Origin: Octopus vulgaris
Lineage: Eukaryota
DNA length: 64,000 bases
NCBI GenBank assembly: GCA_951406725.2
Contig: OX597816.1
Location: forward strand, 109,430,001-109,494,000
Direction of reading: 5' to 3'
The translations under genes were made by a program, and so were the position numbers. Shown here in pieces: positions 1 through 12,325 of the stretch. The first letter of the stretch is position 1; every line of letters begins with the position of its first letter. The notes under the pieces are model-generated. The model was not told the DNA's origin and ran no database searches. It saw only the letters and a list, made by a program, of their open reading frames with translations.

Positions 1-400
1 CTAACTGCTTAAGTTAACTAGTTTCAGCAAGATTCATAACAATCTTTTCGCTTGAACATACTGATGATTCTATTTTGTCCGAGTTATTTCTCAGCCAAGT
101 AGATCTATGAGTAAGTGAATCTCATTTCCTATTATGTTATTTCCATCACTACTAAGACAGTACAGTTTAATATGACAGAAATTACAGTATAATTTCTAAA
201 AGTACCATCAACTACGTAGATAATTTCATATTTGGTTTGAAATATTCACCACTGAACAAGGTATAATTTGGTTTCTCCTGATAAATAGACCAATTAAGAA
301 TTCTTTAATATTGCTATTGCCTCATTTCGTTCTTGATATGATTAACAAATTTAAAGTAATTTTCTGAAAATCTATTCCTCATTTGCAAAGGGTTAACATT

Positions 401-450
401 TTATGTATTCACACATTTTATGTATTCACACATTATGTATTCACACATTA
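401..450. repeat. Short tandem repeat, about 3 copies of TTATGTATTCACACA(TT)
   Basis: Unit visible directly in the sequence. Confidence 0.8.
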
Positions 451-499
451 TAACCGACATATATTATCAAAATTCAAGAGGCTTAGTGGTATGTTCTCC

Positions 500-557
<58 letters not shown>

Positions 558-1119
558 TGTGGGGTGCACCAAAACTGAACCCCACACTCGAGCATTCATT
601 TGAATAGGCTTTTTTTTTTTTTTACCTCAGAGCGCTTTCGGATAAATCCATGTGATACCTCCTTTGCATATCATTCCTTGTAACCTAAAATATCTTTGTA
701 TCTCCAGAGTAATATATTTTCCCCTTGGTATTTTGTTTATTTATTTATTTATTCTATTTTTGCATTTCATATTTATTCATATTTAAATCTTTGTGAGACA
801 AGTATCAGCTGGTGATAGAACGATATGCATCGTATGGGGAACCTTTAAATTAGGCAGTTAAGGTATAAATAACCCTATATGTATGTACTACATGTGTGTT
901 TTACCGAGTATCTAATGTGGAGAGATCATGTTTTAATAGATAGGCATGTGTGGACTTATCCCATGTTTTTGTATTTGTGTTTTGTTTCTTACTGTTTACA
1001 ACTAGACAAACACATAACTATTTGTACTTGTGTATTCACAAAAACTTGAAGAAGAGAATAATATCGACTTAAAACGCAGCCTCTCTTGGACTCGTGACAC
1101 TTCGAAGGTTATTCGCAGC

Positions 1120-1785
1120 ACTTTCAATCCAAGAACAGGAGATAGCTAGGACATTTCTTATAAACAAAACAGACAGTGAAACCCAAGGAACAACCGAAAA
1201 TGTAGGTTATGCCATTTTTATGTGGCCGATCTGACACATGTCGTTAGCAGCTGCCCCAAATATATCACCAAGGTACTACCTCCCTACGAGAAACGATATT
1301 GTCACAAAAGCAATATACAATACCATTAAAAAAAAGGACTGCCCTGGAATAAACGTAGAAAATATCCCTGCTATGGAATACTAACAAAAACATGAACACA
1401 AGGAATACAGCTGGAACACTGTCAAGTGTAAACGTCAAGCGTAAACATAACACGCCGGATATTGCTATTTGGGGCACACTAGAAAAAAGCAAGTAACGTT
1501 ATAGAGGTCAGTGGCTTTGGTGATGTGAATATCTCCTTGAGAATCAAAGAGAAAGAGGATAACTATGGACAATTGCTTCGAAATCTCCTACCTGTATATT
1601 CATATTATAAATTCACATTTATACCAATAATAACTGGTGCACTCAGTTTTGTGAGCAAAGGCTTACGTGACAATCTAGATAAGCTATGGCTTCCAGAAAA
1701 AGAAATCCACCAACTAATTCGCAGGTAATAGATATAATCTTTAAGTAAAAATGTGCAAGACTCTACCCAAGTTTAAAATGTGACA
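1120..1785 (+). mobile_element. Decayed 3' fragment of an RLE-type non-LTR retrotransposon (zinc knuckle plus restriction-like endonuclease)
   Basis: Manual translation across frameshifts gives KCRLCHFYVADLTHVVSSC (CCHC knuckle), RYYLPTRNDIV (RHD-like) and HNTPDIAIW (PD motif). ORF 1525-1728 gives EKEDNYGQLL...IPIITGAL. Confidence 0.7.
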
Positions 1786-1856
1786 TTGCTTTTGTTATCT
1801 ACATTCCATCGACGAAGATGTATATCTTTGTTAGAAACCAGCTCCTAGTGATTTAA

Positions 1857-1894
1857 AATATAATCGGTTTCGATGTATCCATCTTATCAGATAT
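1857..1894 (-). ncRNA. Degenerate minimal type I hammerhead ribozyme motif
   Basis: Minus strand reads atat-CTGATAA-gatg-gata-catc-GAAA-ccga-TT-atat. Stems I and II pair; the core has G8>A and stem III has a mismatch. Confidence 0.45.
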
Positions 1895-2003
1895 CAAAAA
1901 TAATTTTTTTGGAAGTCAAAGAGGAGAAAAAATTACGGGTTAACAGTTTGTAGACATGTTCTTAGTTCTTATATACATGTTCCATTTTTTGTTTCTGCCT
2001 CAG

Positions 2004-2054
2004 GTGTCTGGACAAAGATACAGTCGAGGAGAAGCTGCGAAGAAGAAATGTGAG
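2004..2054 (+). CDS. Internal exon (phase 0-0) of the Kunitz-domain gene: VSGQRYSRGEAAKKKCE
   Basis: Acceptor tttttgtttctgcctcag and donor GAG|gtaagt. The 51 nt are open in phase 0 and join in frame to exon 4266-4371. Confidence 0.7.
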
Positions 2055-4265
2055 GTAAGTTTCATCAAAAACAATAAATTTGTGTAGGTGGAGCTTCTGT
2101 CGATTTCGACGAACGAGTGATTCAGTTATTCAGTCAATGATTCTGCCAACTCCTAACATTAGAGTGTAATTAAATGAGTATTATACAAACATTTCTATCC
2201 TGAATGTGATACATAATCACGTCTGAACTTTTGAATTACAAGAATAATACATCTGCTTGAGTTCTAAGCAGTTTCCATGTATATTTCACTAAAGCTGCTT
2301 GAGTCATCCCGACTTCATAGTGCAATGCATTGCAATCGAATCTAGCAACATATGACTGTTAACGATCTACTTTCGGCCGCCATGCTTGTGCCATTTTTCT
2401 GAGTTATGCAGAGGTGTATTCAACCTCCACGCAGATACAGAAGTACACAAATGATAGGCTCCACAAAAATCTGCGATCTTCAGTCAAGGTCATACTCTTT
2501 CGCTCTGAAATGTGAAATAAGTAATTTGTAAATGCTATACAACAACGTTATATCATATTCTACTCTTCACAATGAAGATGTTCTTCGTATTAACTTTCCG
2601 GTCTTAAATGAGTTCATGTCCCAGCTTGTGTGAAGCAAAGATGAGTTATTCAGATAACACGCTTTTCCAGTATATTTTATGTTAGCCAATGGTTATAGCA
2701 TCCTAGAACAGAGCAAACTTTGCGGAAGTGAAATATTTTGCTCGGTTTGATTTAAGGATCAAATCAATTTCCTTTAGGGGTCAATGACATTTTGAAATGG
2801 ATCAACATTCCTTCAATGCCTCGATGCTGTCATAACACTTATGCATATTTCTCACACAGTAAAATAATCTGTGATTTCTTAGTGCCACGAAACTTTGCAA
2901 CAATTACGGAATGTATTTTTTTAAATGTTGCTTTTGTTTAGCTCCTGACTGAGTAACACAATGATCAGGAACTCTAGTTGTGACCATGCGATTTTATTGA
3001 AACAGTGCATGCAGACGCGTTCCACTAGTGTACATTCAATCTTTTAGGCTTCCTATAATCTACATAATTTCATTATTCTTTCTCCTTTAAAGATACTTAT
3101 GTGTTATTTGAGTGAAATGCATTTCTAATCTATGGAGTGAGCAAGCAGAGATCCCTTAATCGTGTATTTTTGATCAATTCTTAAAAGAAAATAATACTGA
3201 TGCGAATCGGGTTTGGCTGCATAAATTCTGAATTTAAATAGGCTCAGTGCGTTTCGTTGTATTCGTGTACAAAGTATTAGTCAACAACACTTCAGTTATC
3301 TCCTTTGCTGCTTTATGCATCAGCACCGAGTCCACAGGTAGATTTTAAATAGTCAGCTCAAAAATTAATCAAATCTCCATTAAATCATACTTGGCAATAT
3401 AATAGCCGATATAGAAAATTATGGGTTAGTCATGATTAGAACACGCCTTTTATAATAAGTCTGTTCGATCTGATGGAATACAACACCAAACAACAGTTCA
3501 TAATTCATTAGAAGGTTACTTGTAAGAGACCAAAGGCACTTCACGAACGGAGGTCAGTTTCAGCCACAGTATAATAATTGATACATATCTTATTAGACGG
3601 AAAATGAACTCAATCTCAGTAGATAAAAATCTCATGATATAGGAATAAAACGTTAAAACTCTATAAACCTGTACTCAAATATTACATATCTTGGACACAT
3701 GCTAATATAACGCAGACTTTGAAATATCTTTAACCATCTCTAAAAATATTTTATGTTAAAATAGTGTGCCAGGAGCAAATCAATATTTAATGTATCTTAA
3801 AGGTGTTGCATTAGGCCGGAATATGTAATTATTTACATCATAGACTCAGCTTAATTCAGTTAGCAATGGAGAATACCTTCACTGTACACTGCTTGTACGA
3901 TACAATGCTAAATGAACCAAATATGGAGTTTTACTGCGGTCGTTAGGTAAGATTAAATATCAAGGAGGCCTCGCTTAAATGAAATCATTGTTTTCAGTAA
4001 GGAAGGTCACAATGGATAAGTAAGTTCCATATATCCCTAAAAATATAACCACGGTTGGAAAAGTTTTCCTTACAGATTATTTTCTCTAACACCGTTGATA
4101 TGGGGCTGAGCAACACTAATAATAATAGTCACATGCTCTTACGTTCTTCATATAAAATTACTCATATTTAAGCCAACTCACATTTTTCGATTATATGACT
4201 AAATAACTGATTTCAACATTTATATAACCATATTATTTCCTTTATTTTTCTCTTTAAAAACACAG

Positions 4266-4371
4266 TCCTACGGCAAAATGTGTCCATATAACAAGATATG
4301 CGTGATTCAGCACATACAAGTTCCACGAAAAATGTCCATACCTGTTTGCATCTTTAAAGTACAGAAACCAG
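4266..4371 (+). CDS. Internal exon (phase 0-1) of the Kunitz-domain gene: SYGKMCPYNKICVIQHIQVPRKMSIPVCIFKVQKP (follistatin-N-like Cys motif)
   Basis: Pyrimidine tract ...tttttctctttaaaaacacag acceptor and CAG|gtaaac donor. The 106 nt equal 35 codons plus 1 nt, matching the phase-1 acceptor at 5303. Confidence 0.75.
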
Positions 4372-4499
4372 GTAAACTTATCGAATGAATATAATCGACA
4401 AAAGTTTTATTGCCAATTCAGCTTGTACCACTACTGAAACATACGAACACCACCACCTACAACAGAGAAAGTTGAGCAGAGAATCTGCTTGAAATCATG

Positions 4500-5114
4500 A
4501 CAAAAGCTTGGCGATACCTGCTTAGAGGCCAACACAAAGTTTTCATAAAATTTTCATCGTTCTCGACACAATCAAGGCAACTGAAACCCAAGTGTCTTTT
4601 TGGTCAGCTGAAACACGTCTCATACCCAAATCTTCAGTGATAAGGGACTCAACTGAACCGCAGCTAATCTGCACATCCTCTGATAACTCACGGATGGTGA
4701 TTTCTCCCTCACAGTTGCTCGCACATCTGCGATGTTTTTCTCAGATCTGCTGGCTGCGGGTCGCTCAGAACGTTCGTTAATATCGACATTTTACGGCCAT
4801 CTTGGAAACGTCTGATCCACTCATACACATGTGTGCTGCTCATACACTCCTCTCCATACACTTTCTGCAACTTTGCGCAGGCTTCTGAGCTGGTATCGCC
4901 ATGATAACTTTCTCTGTCGTGGTCAATGCGACGATCACACGCTACACACCTTCCTTCCAAGCAATGCTGTAAACAGTGGAAGTGAGCTAGGACGTTAAAG
5001 CTTAGCGCACATGTACAGCAGAGCTCCAGGTCAAATTTTGCCAAGCGGTTTTACTCTGAGTGCTTTAGCTTCGTTACTATGACAACAGTCCAGATACTTA
5101 TTGATCAGACCACA
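4500..5114 (-). mobile_element. Intronic mariner (Tc1/mariner) transposon remnant: left TIR plus N-terminal transposase
   Basis: The minus strand starts TA|tgtggtctgatcaataagtatctggactg, a mariner-type TIR. ORF 4709-5044 has SSEACAKLQKVYGEECMSSTHVYEWIRRFQDGR (Mos1-like HTH), followed by ITIRELSEDVQIS...TEDLGMRRVSA. Confidence 0.85.
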
Positions 5115-5116
5115 TA

Positions 5117-5174
<58 letters not shown>

Positions 5175-5302
5175 AGAAGGATAGAGAGATACGTGCATAT
5201 ATATGTGGGTGTATTTGTATGCGTGTCTGTGCATTAGTGTGTGTCTATGTGTGTTTATATGTACACATGAATTTCTCATATCTTTTTTATTTTCTCTTCC
5301 AG

Positions 5303-6009
5303 TTAACTCCGAGATTTGCAAACTTCCTCCTGATCATGGAAAATGTGGAGCACGATTTGTTCGCTGGTATTTCAACAGACACTCGCAACAATGCAGCTGG
5401 TTCCATTATAGTGGATGCTCTGGAAATCGGAACCGCTTCACCTCTAAAGAATCATGCGAAGATTTCTGCATTAGTCATAACAGTGCTCTCCAAATGGTAC
5501 CACAAGAAATAAGAGCTAATCCTGTTAACGCTTTTAATAGCTACAATGATGCTGATGTTTATTTGAAGAAATATAATGATATCGAATCGGAATGGGATGG
5601 AGTCGAGGAGACGGGAAATGATACGTCACCGATGATGGCGAAATTAGCAAATAATCTTGTACTAACTGTTACTACAAACCCACTTGACACCTTACAACCG
5701 TTGAGCTGGTATAAAAAACGACGCTGCTTGAAATGGAAACGACAAAATAGGCGTCTTTGTACTAAAAAGAATTGGAAACATCGAGGTTACAAAAAGCAGC
5801 GAAAAAATCGTGTCAGTTTTCTTCGGAAAGAGACGAAGCCTTTGTCAGCACCCACATACGCCCATTCCCCGAGGGGGAGGAATTCTTCCCACAGAGGACG
5901 GTATAGGTACTTACCTAACCGTGCTAACGGTCACAAACTCTTCTCGATTCTGAAGCGACCATTCCACTTAAAAGTCAATCACCATAAATTGAACCGAAGT
6001 AATACGTAA
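5303..6009 (+). CDS. Terminal coding exon: Kunitz/BPTI domain (5317-5469), acidic linker and Lys/Arg-rich tail
   Basis: Acceptor ttttttattttctcttccag. CKLPPDHGKCGARFVRWYFNRHSQQCSWFHYSGCSGNRNRFTSKESCEDFC has all six Kunitz Cys with canonical spacing and the F-x-Y-x-G-C-x-G-N-x-N-x-F signature. Open to TAA at 6007-6009. The ORF-track N-terminus (5203-5302) is intronic microsatellite. Confidence 0.92.
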
Positions 6010-6182
6010 AATGCTCTTTGATAGAAGGAAGAGTGAACATAAAAAAAAAACAGAAAAAAAACTGGTATAGACATTTTATATTCGAAAGCTATTAAGCAAT
6101 GTAATTCGATATGTGTATGTAATAGAATACTTTTTGTGTTTGTATATATACATACAAAACATACTCATATACATCTATGCGC

Positions 6183-6239
<57 letters not shown>

Positions 6240-8017
6240 TATATATATATACACACACACATATATATATATGTGTGTGTGTATGTATGTATGTACATGT
6301 ATACATATATATGCATATATATATGTGTGAATGTGTTTGTGCAATATATATGCAAATGTGTTAGACATTTTCTAGTTAGGATTGCCAGTTTCTCACCATA
6401 GATACATGTGAGCGTGCAAATGTATAAAACTACAATGAAAGTATATGTTTTTGACATTGGTGGTGTCAAACATTAATGTTTTGCGATAATAATGTATAAA
6501 CTGACTGTTTTTTTTTCTCTCTCACCCTTTTCTTGTACATCTCACGCACACCATATACATGTTTATATGCGTGTAGAATATATTCACTTCCCCATCCCCT
6601 GAAACAATTTTGATCATGCAAATATATCCTGACACGCTCACACGTGAGTGCATGCAAGTTATAATCTTTTGTTATTTTTTTTTGTTTTGAAATTTACACA
6701 CTTTAATGCATTTTGTAACATGTGCAATTTAGCCTGCAGTAATATTTGTTTGTCATTAACATTGCACATAAACATAAAATTGTTATTTCGTTGATGTCGT
6801 CTAGTTATTTTTACATTGTTATTTTGTAATCGGTAAAAGTGTATGTATGGCGTGTGCGTGTTTGTGTGTGGTGGGGTGGTCTCAAATGCAGAGGGTATAG
6901 AATCTCAACGAAATTTGTGAGGTCGAGTTCGATTTCTAGTACATATCGAAAATATTTATCCTTTTATCCTTTGACTTGTTGTGTTGATTTGACTGCGGAC
7001 ATACTGGAGCTCCGCCTTAAATTTACCTTTCAAGTATTTTCAGTTAATCGAGGTGACATGCTGCAAAGGGAGCAAAGGAGAATCCAGTGGTTTGTGTACA
7101 ATTTGAAGCATCGACGCAACAGAATTCTGTCCATCCAACTAAAAGTATGTAGTATCATGTGCCATACTTTACCTTTCAAGGCAGCAGCTACAGCAACCGC
7201 AATAACAGCAGCTACACCAGCAGGAACAGCAGTAACAGTGCAAAATTAGAGAGTAATTTATATTTTTCTTTTTATAGTTATTTTTGTTGTGTAATCTCTG
7301 GCGACCCTGAGTGAGTAAGACAATGACCAGGTACTCTATCTCTGATTATGCGATCTTATTCAAACAGCGCATCCAGGATAACATGAACCAGTTCATCCTT
7401 CCTTTTCATGACGGTAATGTGAAATTTGAGGGAGATTGGGATGTTATTTGCAGCAGTTCAAACGACAACATAGAGGTGTTATTGCTTTCATTTTCAAATA
7501 TAGTTTATTCTCGTGAGAAGATTGCCAACGGTAGATTGTATCGACGTCAGATTTTCAGATAGCGAAATCGAAGTGAATGATTTAACTAAACGGAAGCATA
7601 GATTACATCTAGGAACTTTGTGTATGAGAACTGATTATTTAGTTTCAGTTCCTCGTTGTTTTAAACTATATGATGAACCAAGGCTTTCAGAGATACACTT
7701 ACTGCCCCGGCAGTTTGTGCAGGATATGTATAAATCTAAAGGTTGCAAGAGTATTTTGACTACTTTATCAGACGATACTGTCATCCATCCACATATATAT
7801 ATCCAGCAATATCTATTACCGTGCCATACTCTGCATATCAGAAAATGTTTTTAAGCCATCTAACTAATTTTATGAAAATAGGCTGCTAGAATATCATTCA
7901 ATCCTTCTGCAAATGAGGACGTAGTGAGAAGTCTGCTGTGAGCCTTCTTCATGGCGCAAAGTAGGGGATACTACGAGATAAAGTAAGAGAGAGATTGAGA
8001 GGGGGAGAGAGAAAAAG

Positions 8018-8052
<35 letters not shown>

Positions 8053-9060
8053 AATTGTCTGTAGTACTTGAACAGTTCTTTATCGACTCTGGAAGTTGAA
8101 AGCCATAGTTGACTGCAGTGTGTTTATTCCTTTCTGGAACAAATACTGTAAAGCCTTCTACTTGTCGATTCACGTCAAAACTCATAAAATTATACACATA
8201 ATGTTAATGCTCAAACTGGAAGCACACAGCATATATCTTCGAAAATATATTTTATCAATAGATCATACATCCTTGTGAAGATAGCAGCCACATGCTTTAA
8301 AAGAAAACAACAATATATTAGTTGAACAAAGAATGTCTATAGCTCCCATACTACTAAAAAAACAGAAGTGTGGTATGCAGAAACATCAAACATATTTTGG
8401 CTCAATGGAACTATTGTCCTCACATAACAATGGAAGGAAGTACGGGAACAAGATATCTGTGAGAATTTTTCCCTGGCAACACCTATAAAATAGCAGACGT
8501 ATAACTACAGGACTTGGTGCACTTGATATGAAATTGAACTATCTACACTTATGCATATTGTATTGTTAAAACAAGGATGTATACTGAATATGTGATTTTG
8601 TGTGAATATCATATATCTCTAAATATATATATAGATACTTTTGTATTTATATTTGTACACACACAGACACAGACACACACACACACACACACACAGACAC
8701 ACACACACACACACATATATATATAAATCGATACATAAGTATATACATAGATATGCGTGTGTGTATGTGTGAGTGGTCGGCAAAGTTACTAACTAATACA
8801 CTTATATTTACTTAACGTCGTGTCGGTGGGATTGTTGTTCATTACACTTTACATTTTTTGATATGTAGAACTTTGCTTCGCCGCTATTCCTGTTAGTGGA
8901 ATCTCTCACAACTTTAAACACTGCATTAATAACGCAATGCGTTACTCAGATAAGCAACATTGTAATATATATATATTTATATACATATTTGTACTGTTAT
9001 ATTTGGGGACGATCATTTTGCCAATATATACACGAATTATTTATTTGATCTTCACTTTCA

Positions 9061-9061
<1 letters not shown>

Positions 9062-9118
<57 letters not shown>

Positions 9119-9157
9119 ATGACGTCGTCATCATCATCATTATTATTATTATTATTA

Positions 9158-9218
<61 letters not shown>
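9062..9218. repeat. (TTA)n microsatellite with GTC/ATC interruptions, flanking the 3' end of a LINE
   Basis: Direct inspection. Confidence 0.95.
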
Positions 9219-9220
<2 letters not shown>

Positions 9221-10472
9221 TGCTTTATTCTCAGAACGTTCTGTCTTGTTTGTTCTGGTAGATTCTGTGAGAGCGGACAGCAGCCTGCTGCCAGACGTCT
9301 GATAGGGTCTCTTTCTGCACATTATAAGCTTTGATACTTGGTTGTTAACTGTTGTGGGAGACATTCAACATCCAAGTACCAATCTCAAAATCCTAGCTGT
9401 CCCCAGCAGAGCAAATTTTGGGGTTGCTCTGTTCTCATGTCAATTTCGATTTCTCTGACATATTTCTCGAACTTGGATTTTAGACACTCTCCTAGTGCCC
9501 CTACAACTACTGGAATGATAGACACTCTCCTCATAGTGCACGTTCTTGCAATTTCATCTTTTACAAGTCTGTACTTTTCAATTTTTTCTAGTTCTTTGTC
9601 ACTCATGCGTACATCTCCAGGTATTGTAATATCTATGATCTTGGTTTCCTTTTTTTCCTTTATCTGCCACAACAATATCTGGTCTCAGAGCCTCGATTAG
9701 GGAGTCACATTGGGTTATAAAATCCCACAGTATCTTATGTTCCTTGTTCTCGGTGACTCCTGGTTCATGCTCGTACCATTTCCGTGCTCTGTTCACATAA
9801 CCTCCATTGGAGGAACTTAGCTACGTTATCGTGCTTCCTTTTGTAGAGCTTTTGGGCCAGCTGGCTACACTCATTCACAATAGGTGAGGTTGCTTCGTTT
9901 CTGCTGCTACACATCCTACAAATGGGCGACTCTCTATTCTTGTCTATTTGGAACTTGGTGTAATTAGTTCTCAGAGCTTCTTCCCGGGAGCTGCATATCA
10001 ATGCCTTAGTGCATCCTTTCAGATCACTTTTGCTTTGCTATCTCCAAGTGTCGATTTTGTCTTTTCCTTCGATTCCTCTGAAGTATTGCCCATACAGTGG
10101 ATTCATTTTCCAGTTGTTTACCCTTTCTTCTTCATCTTGTTTCTTAAATGTTTGTGGTGTATCATATTTTCGGTAGATGTTGCATTGTAAACTCTAACAG
10201 CGGCAAGCAAGGATTCACCCTGCTGTTTGATGTGCCATATAAGACTGCTTTTCCCGTCGACAGCACAGATCTTGCATCTTATGAGACCGCTTCCTCCTCT
10301 GCTTCTAGGCACATACAGTCTGTCAGAATTGATTTAGGGGTGTTGATTTTCATCACTTTTCTAGTTTTCCTGTCCATTTCCTCAAGCTCGTTCTTTGTCA
10401 ACCATACAACACCAGCGCCGTAGCGCATTAAGAAAAAAGCCAATGTGTTCATTGCCTGATTTTGTTTCTTCC
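9219..10472 (-). mobile_element. 5'-truncated R4/Dong-clade (RLE) LINE, frameshifted
   Basis: Minus ORFs give PRSRGGSGL, CRMCSSRNEATSPIVNEC...KRKHDNVAKFLQW, KWYEHEP...ILWDF...RPDIVV, and IIDITIPGD...EKIEKY...IIPVVVGALG. Both ends abut (TAA)n. Confidence 0.9.
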
Positions 10473-10486
10473 ATTATTATTATTAA

Positions 10487-10533
<47 letters not shown>

Positions 10534-10535
<2 letters not shown>

Positions 10536-11003
10536 CAACTGTTCAATATTTGGTAGACTGAGGCAAATTTCTACTGCATCACTTGCTACACCTCCGTGGT
10601 GCTAGGGGTCTGTGCAACATTGTGTGTTCTTTTCTGCTGTTGGGAGTGTGCGAACTCTTCCTGGGAATCTACTTGGGTTTGTCTATCATGACTTTAATCG
10701 AAGTCGTCCTTAATGCTTGATCTTGTGCGGTTACTAACAAACTTTCTGTCTCCCTTTTCAGCTTTCATTTATGCAAACATAGTCATGTCTCACTACTACT
10801 AGTAGTTATCCTGCCAGTTATCTTTTGTTCCTTTTTCTGGTTTTTAACTTCGTTTCGTTTTTTGGTTTGCCTATGTTTTACTTTGACTCCAGCTGCTCTT
10901 AATAATTTTTCTTCACTATTACCAACATAGGAGGAGTCTATATCTACTCTAGCTAATTCCACGCAGTCTTCTACTGATATTAGTCCTCTTCTACCTTCCT
11001 TTC
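10534..11003 (-). mobile_element. Internally deleted R4/Dong-clade LINE fragment
   Basis: RKEGRRGLISVEDCV (ORF 10783-11124) and KRETESLLVTAQDQAL. Bounded by (TTA)n at 10473-10533 and (ATC)n/(TTC)n at 11004-11104. Confidence 0.75.
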
Positions 11004-11018
11004 TCATCATCATCATCG

Positions 11019-11083
<65 letters not shown>

Positions 11084-11104
11084 TTCTTCTTCTTCTTCTT
11101 CTTC

Positions 11105-11362
11105 TGTAATCTTATTTTTATCACATGCTTTCACTGCACTACTGAGCGCAGCTCTGTGTGCTTTGTGTATGTGTTGTAGTTTGTTGTGATGCTCTTATTT
11201 TTACTGTATTGAAAGTCTTTTAAGTAGGATGTGTGCGATGCTTAATAGTGCTATTTTCTGTATGCTATATATACTTGCTAGTCCTGTTTTTGTTATGTAT
11301 TTGTTTGAATATTTTTTATCATACCTAACGCGCCTACTATGATAGGAATTGTTTGTTTTTAG
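11105..11362 (-). mobile_element. 3' terminal fragment of an R4/Dong-clade LINE, same subfamily as the copies at 60.4-64 kb
   Basis: Minus strand encodes TIPIIVGALG. The 3' UTR (cacacagagctgcgctcagtagtgcagtgaaagcatgtgataaaaataagattac) matches 61247-61303. Followed on the plus strand by (TTA)n at 11363-11463. Confidence 0.85.
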
Positions 11363-11448
<86 letters not shown>

Positions 11449-12059
11449 CATCATTATTATTATAATTTATTGTTTATTTGCCAGAGTTCTTTCATCCCAC
11501 ATTCTGTGGTCGTTTCAATGACTACCTTTTATTTGTCTGTGTGTTTCCTCTTTGCTCTGTCCTTTTCCTGTGTATTCCATCTTTTGTTTCTGTGGTATAT
11601 TTCTCTATCTGCGCATGCGTTTGTGTCTTTTCCTCTGCATGTGTCTACGAGTTTAGCATGAGTATGCGTGCGTGTATATGAGTTTGTATGTTACACTTTT
11701 GATTCCGTCTCTCTCATTTCTTTTGTTTGGCACTATTCTGTCTTCAGTCGTCAGGTTGCAGGATCGAGTGTGGTTGGCGTATTAGTATTCTAATCTCGTT
11801 TGCTGTTGAGGCTCGTTTTACATTCTGTTACGTGTGTAGCTTCTGTAATCTGTCTGATTGTTGTATCCGTTCTATGTGTAGATAGGATCTTAACGTCAAT
11901 GTTATCTATCAGCCCCTGCCACCATTTTTATTCAGTCGAGAAAACTTTTCTCTTCTTTGAATATTAAATATATAGTGCATACGTCTATTGGCAAAATGAC
12001 CGTCCCAATTATAACAGTGTATGTTTCAACACTTTCTCATCAAGAATCTTGCAAAATAA

Positions 12060-12119
<60 letters not shown>

Positions 12120-12274
12120 GTGTTTACATAGATATATGGATGTATGTATATGTATATATAACCACTATATCCAGCGTATTAATTTTTATTCCAGATAATT
12201 TCCAGATAATGTTTACACATACATGCATGCACGCAAGGGTACATACATACATATATACACGTAAATGTATGTAC

Positions 12275-12325
<51 letters not shown>

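Noticed and set aside
100-116. GTAAGT donor at 111 as the missing signal-peptide exon of the Kunitz gene
   Set aside because: In the required phase 0 the last codon is TGA, and no hydrophobic ORF precedes it.
5203-5302. N-terminal 'MWVYLYACLCISVCLCVFIC...' of ORF 5203-6009 as a signal peptide
   Set aside because: It is translated (TG)-rich microsatellite ending in a polypyrimidine tract and AG acceptor, so it is intronic.
6092-6469. Numerous [14 protein letters not shown] ORFs here and throughout the window (e.g. 11957-12516, 44388-45973, 52728-53162)
   Set aside because: They are stop-free translations of (TA)n, (TG)n and (TACA)n microsatellites with no coding signal.
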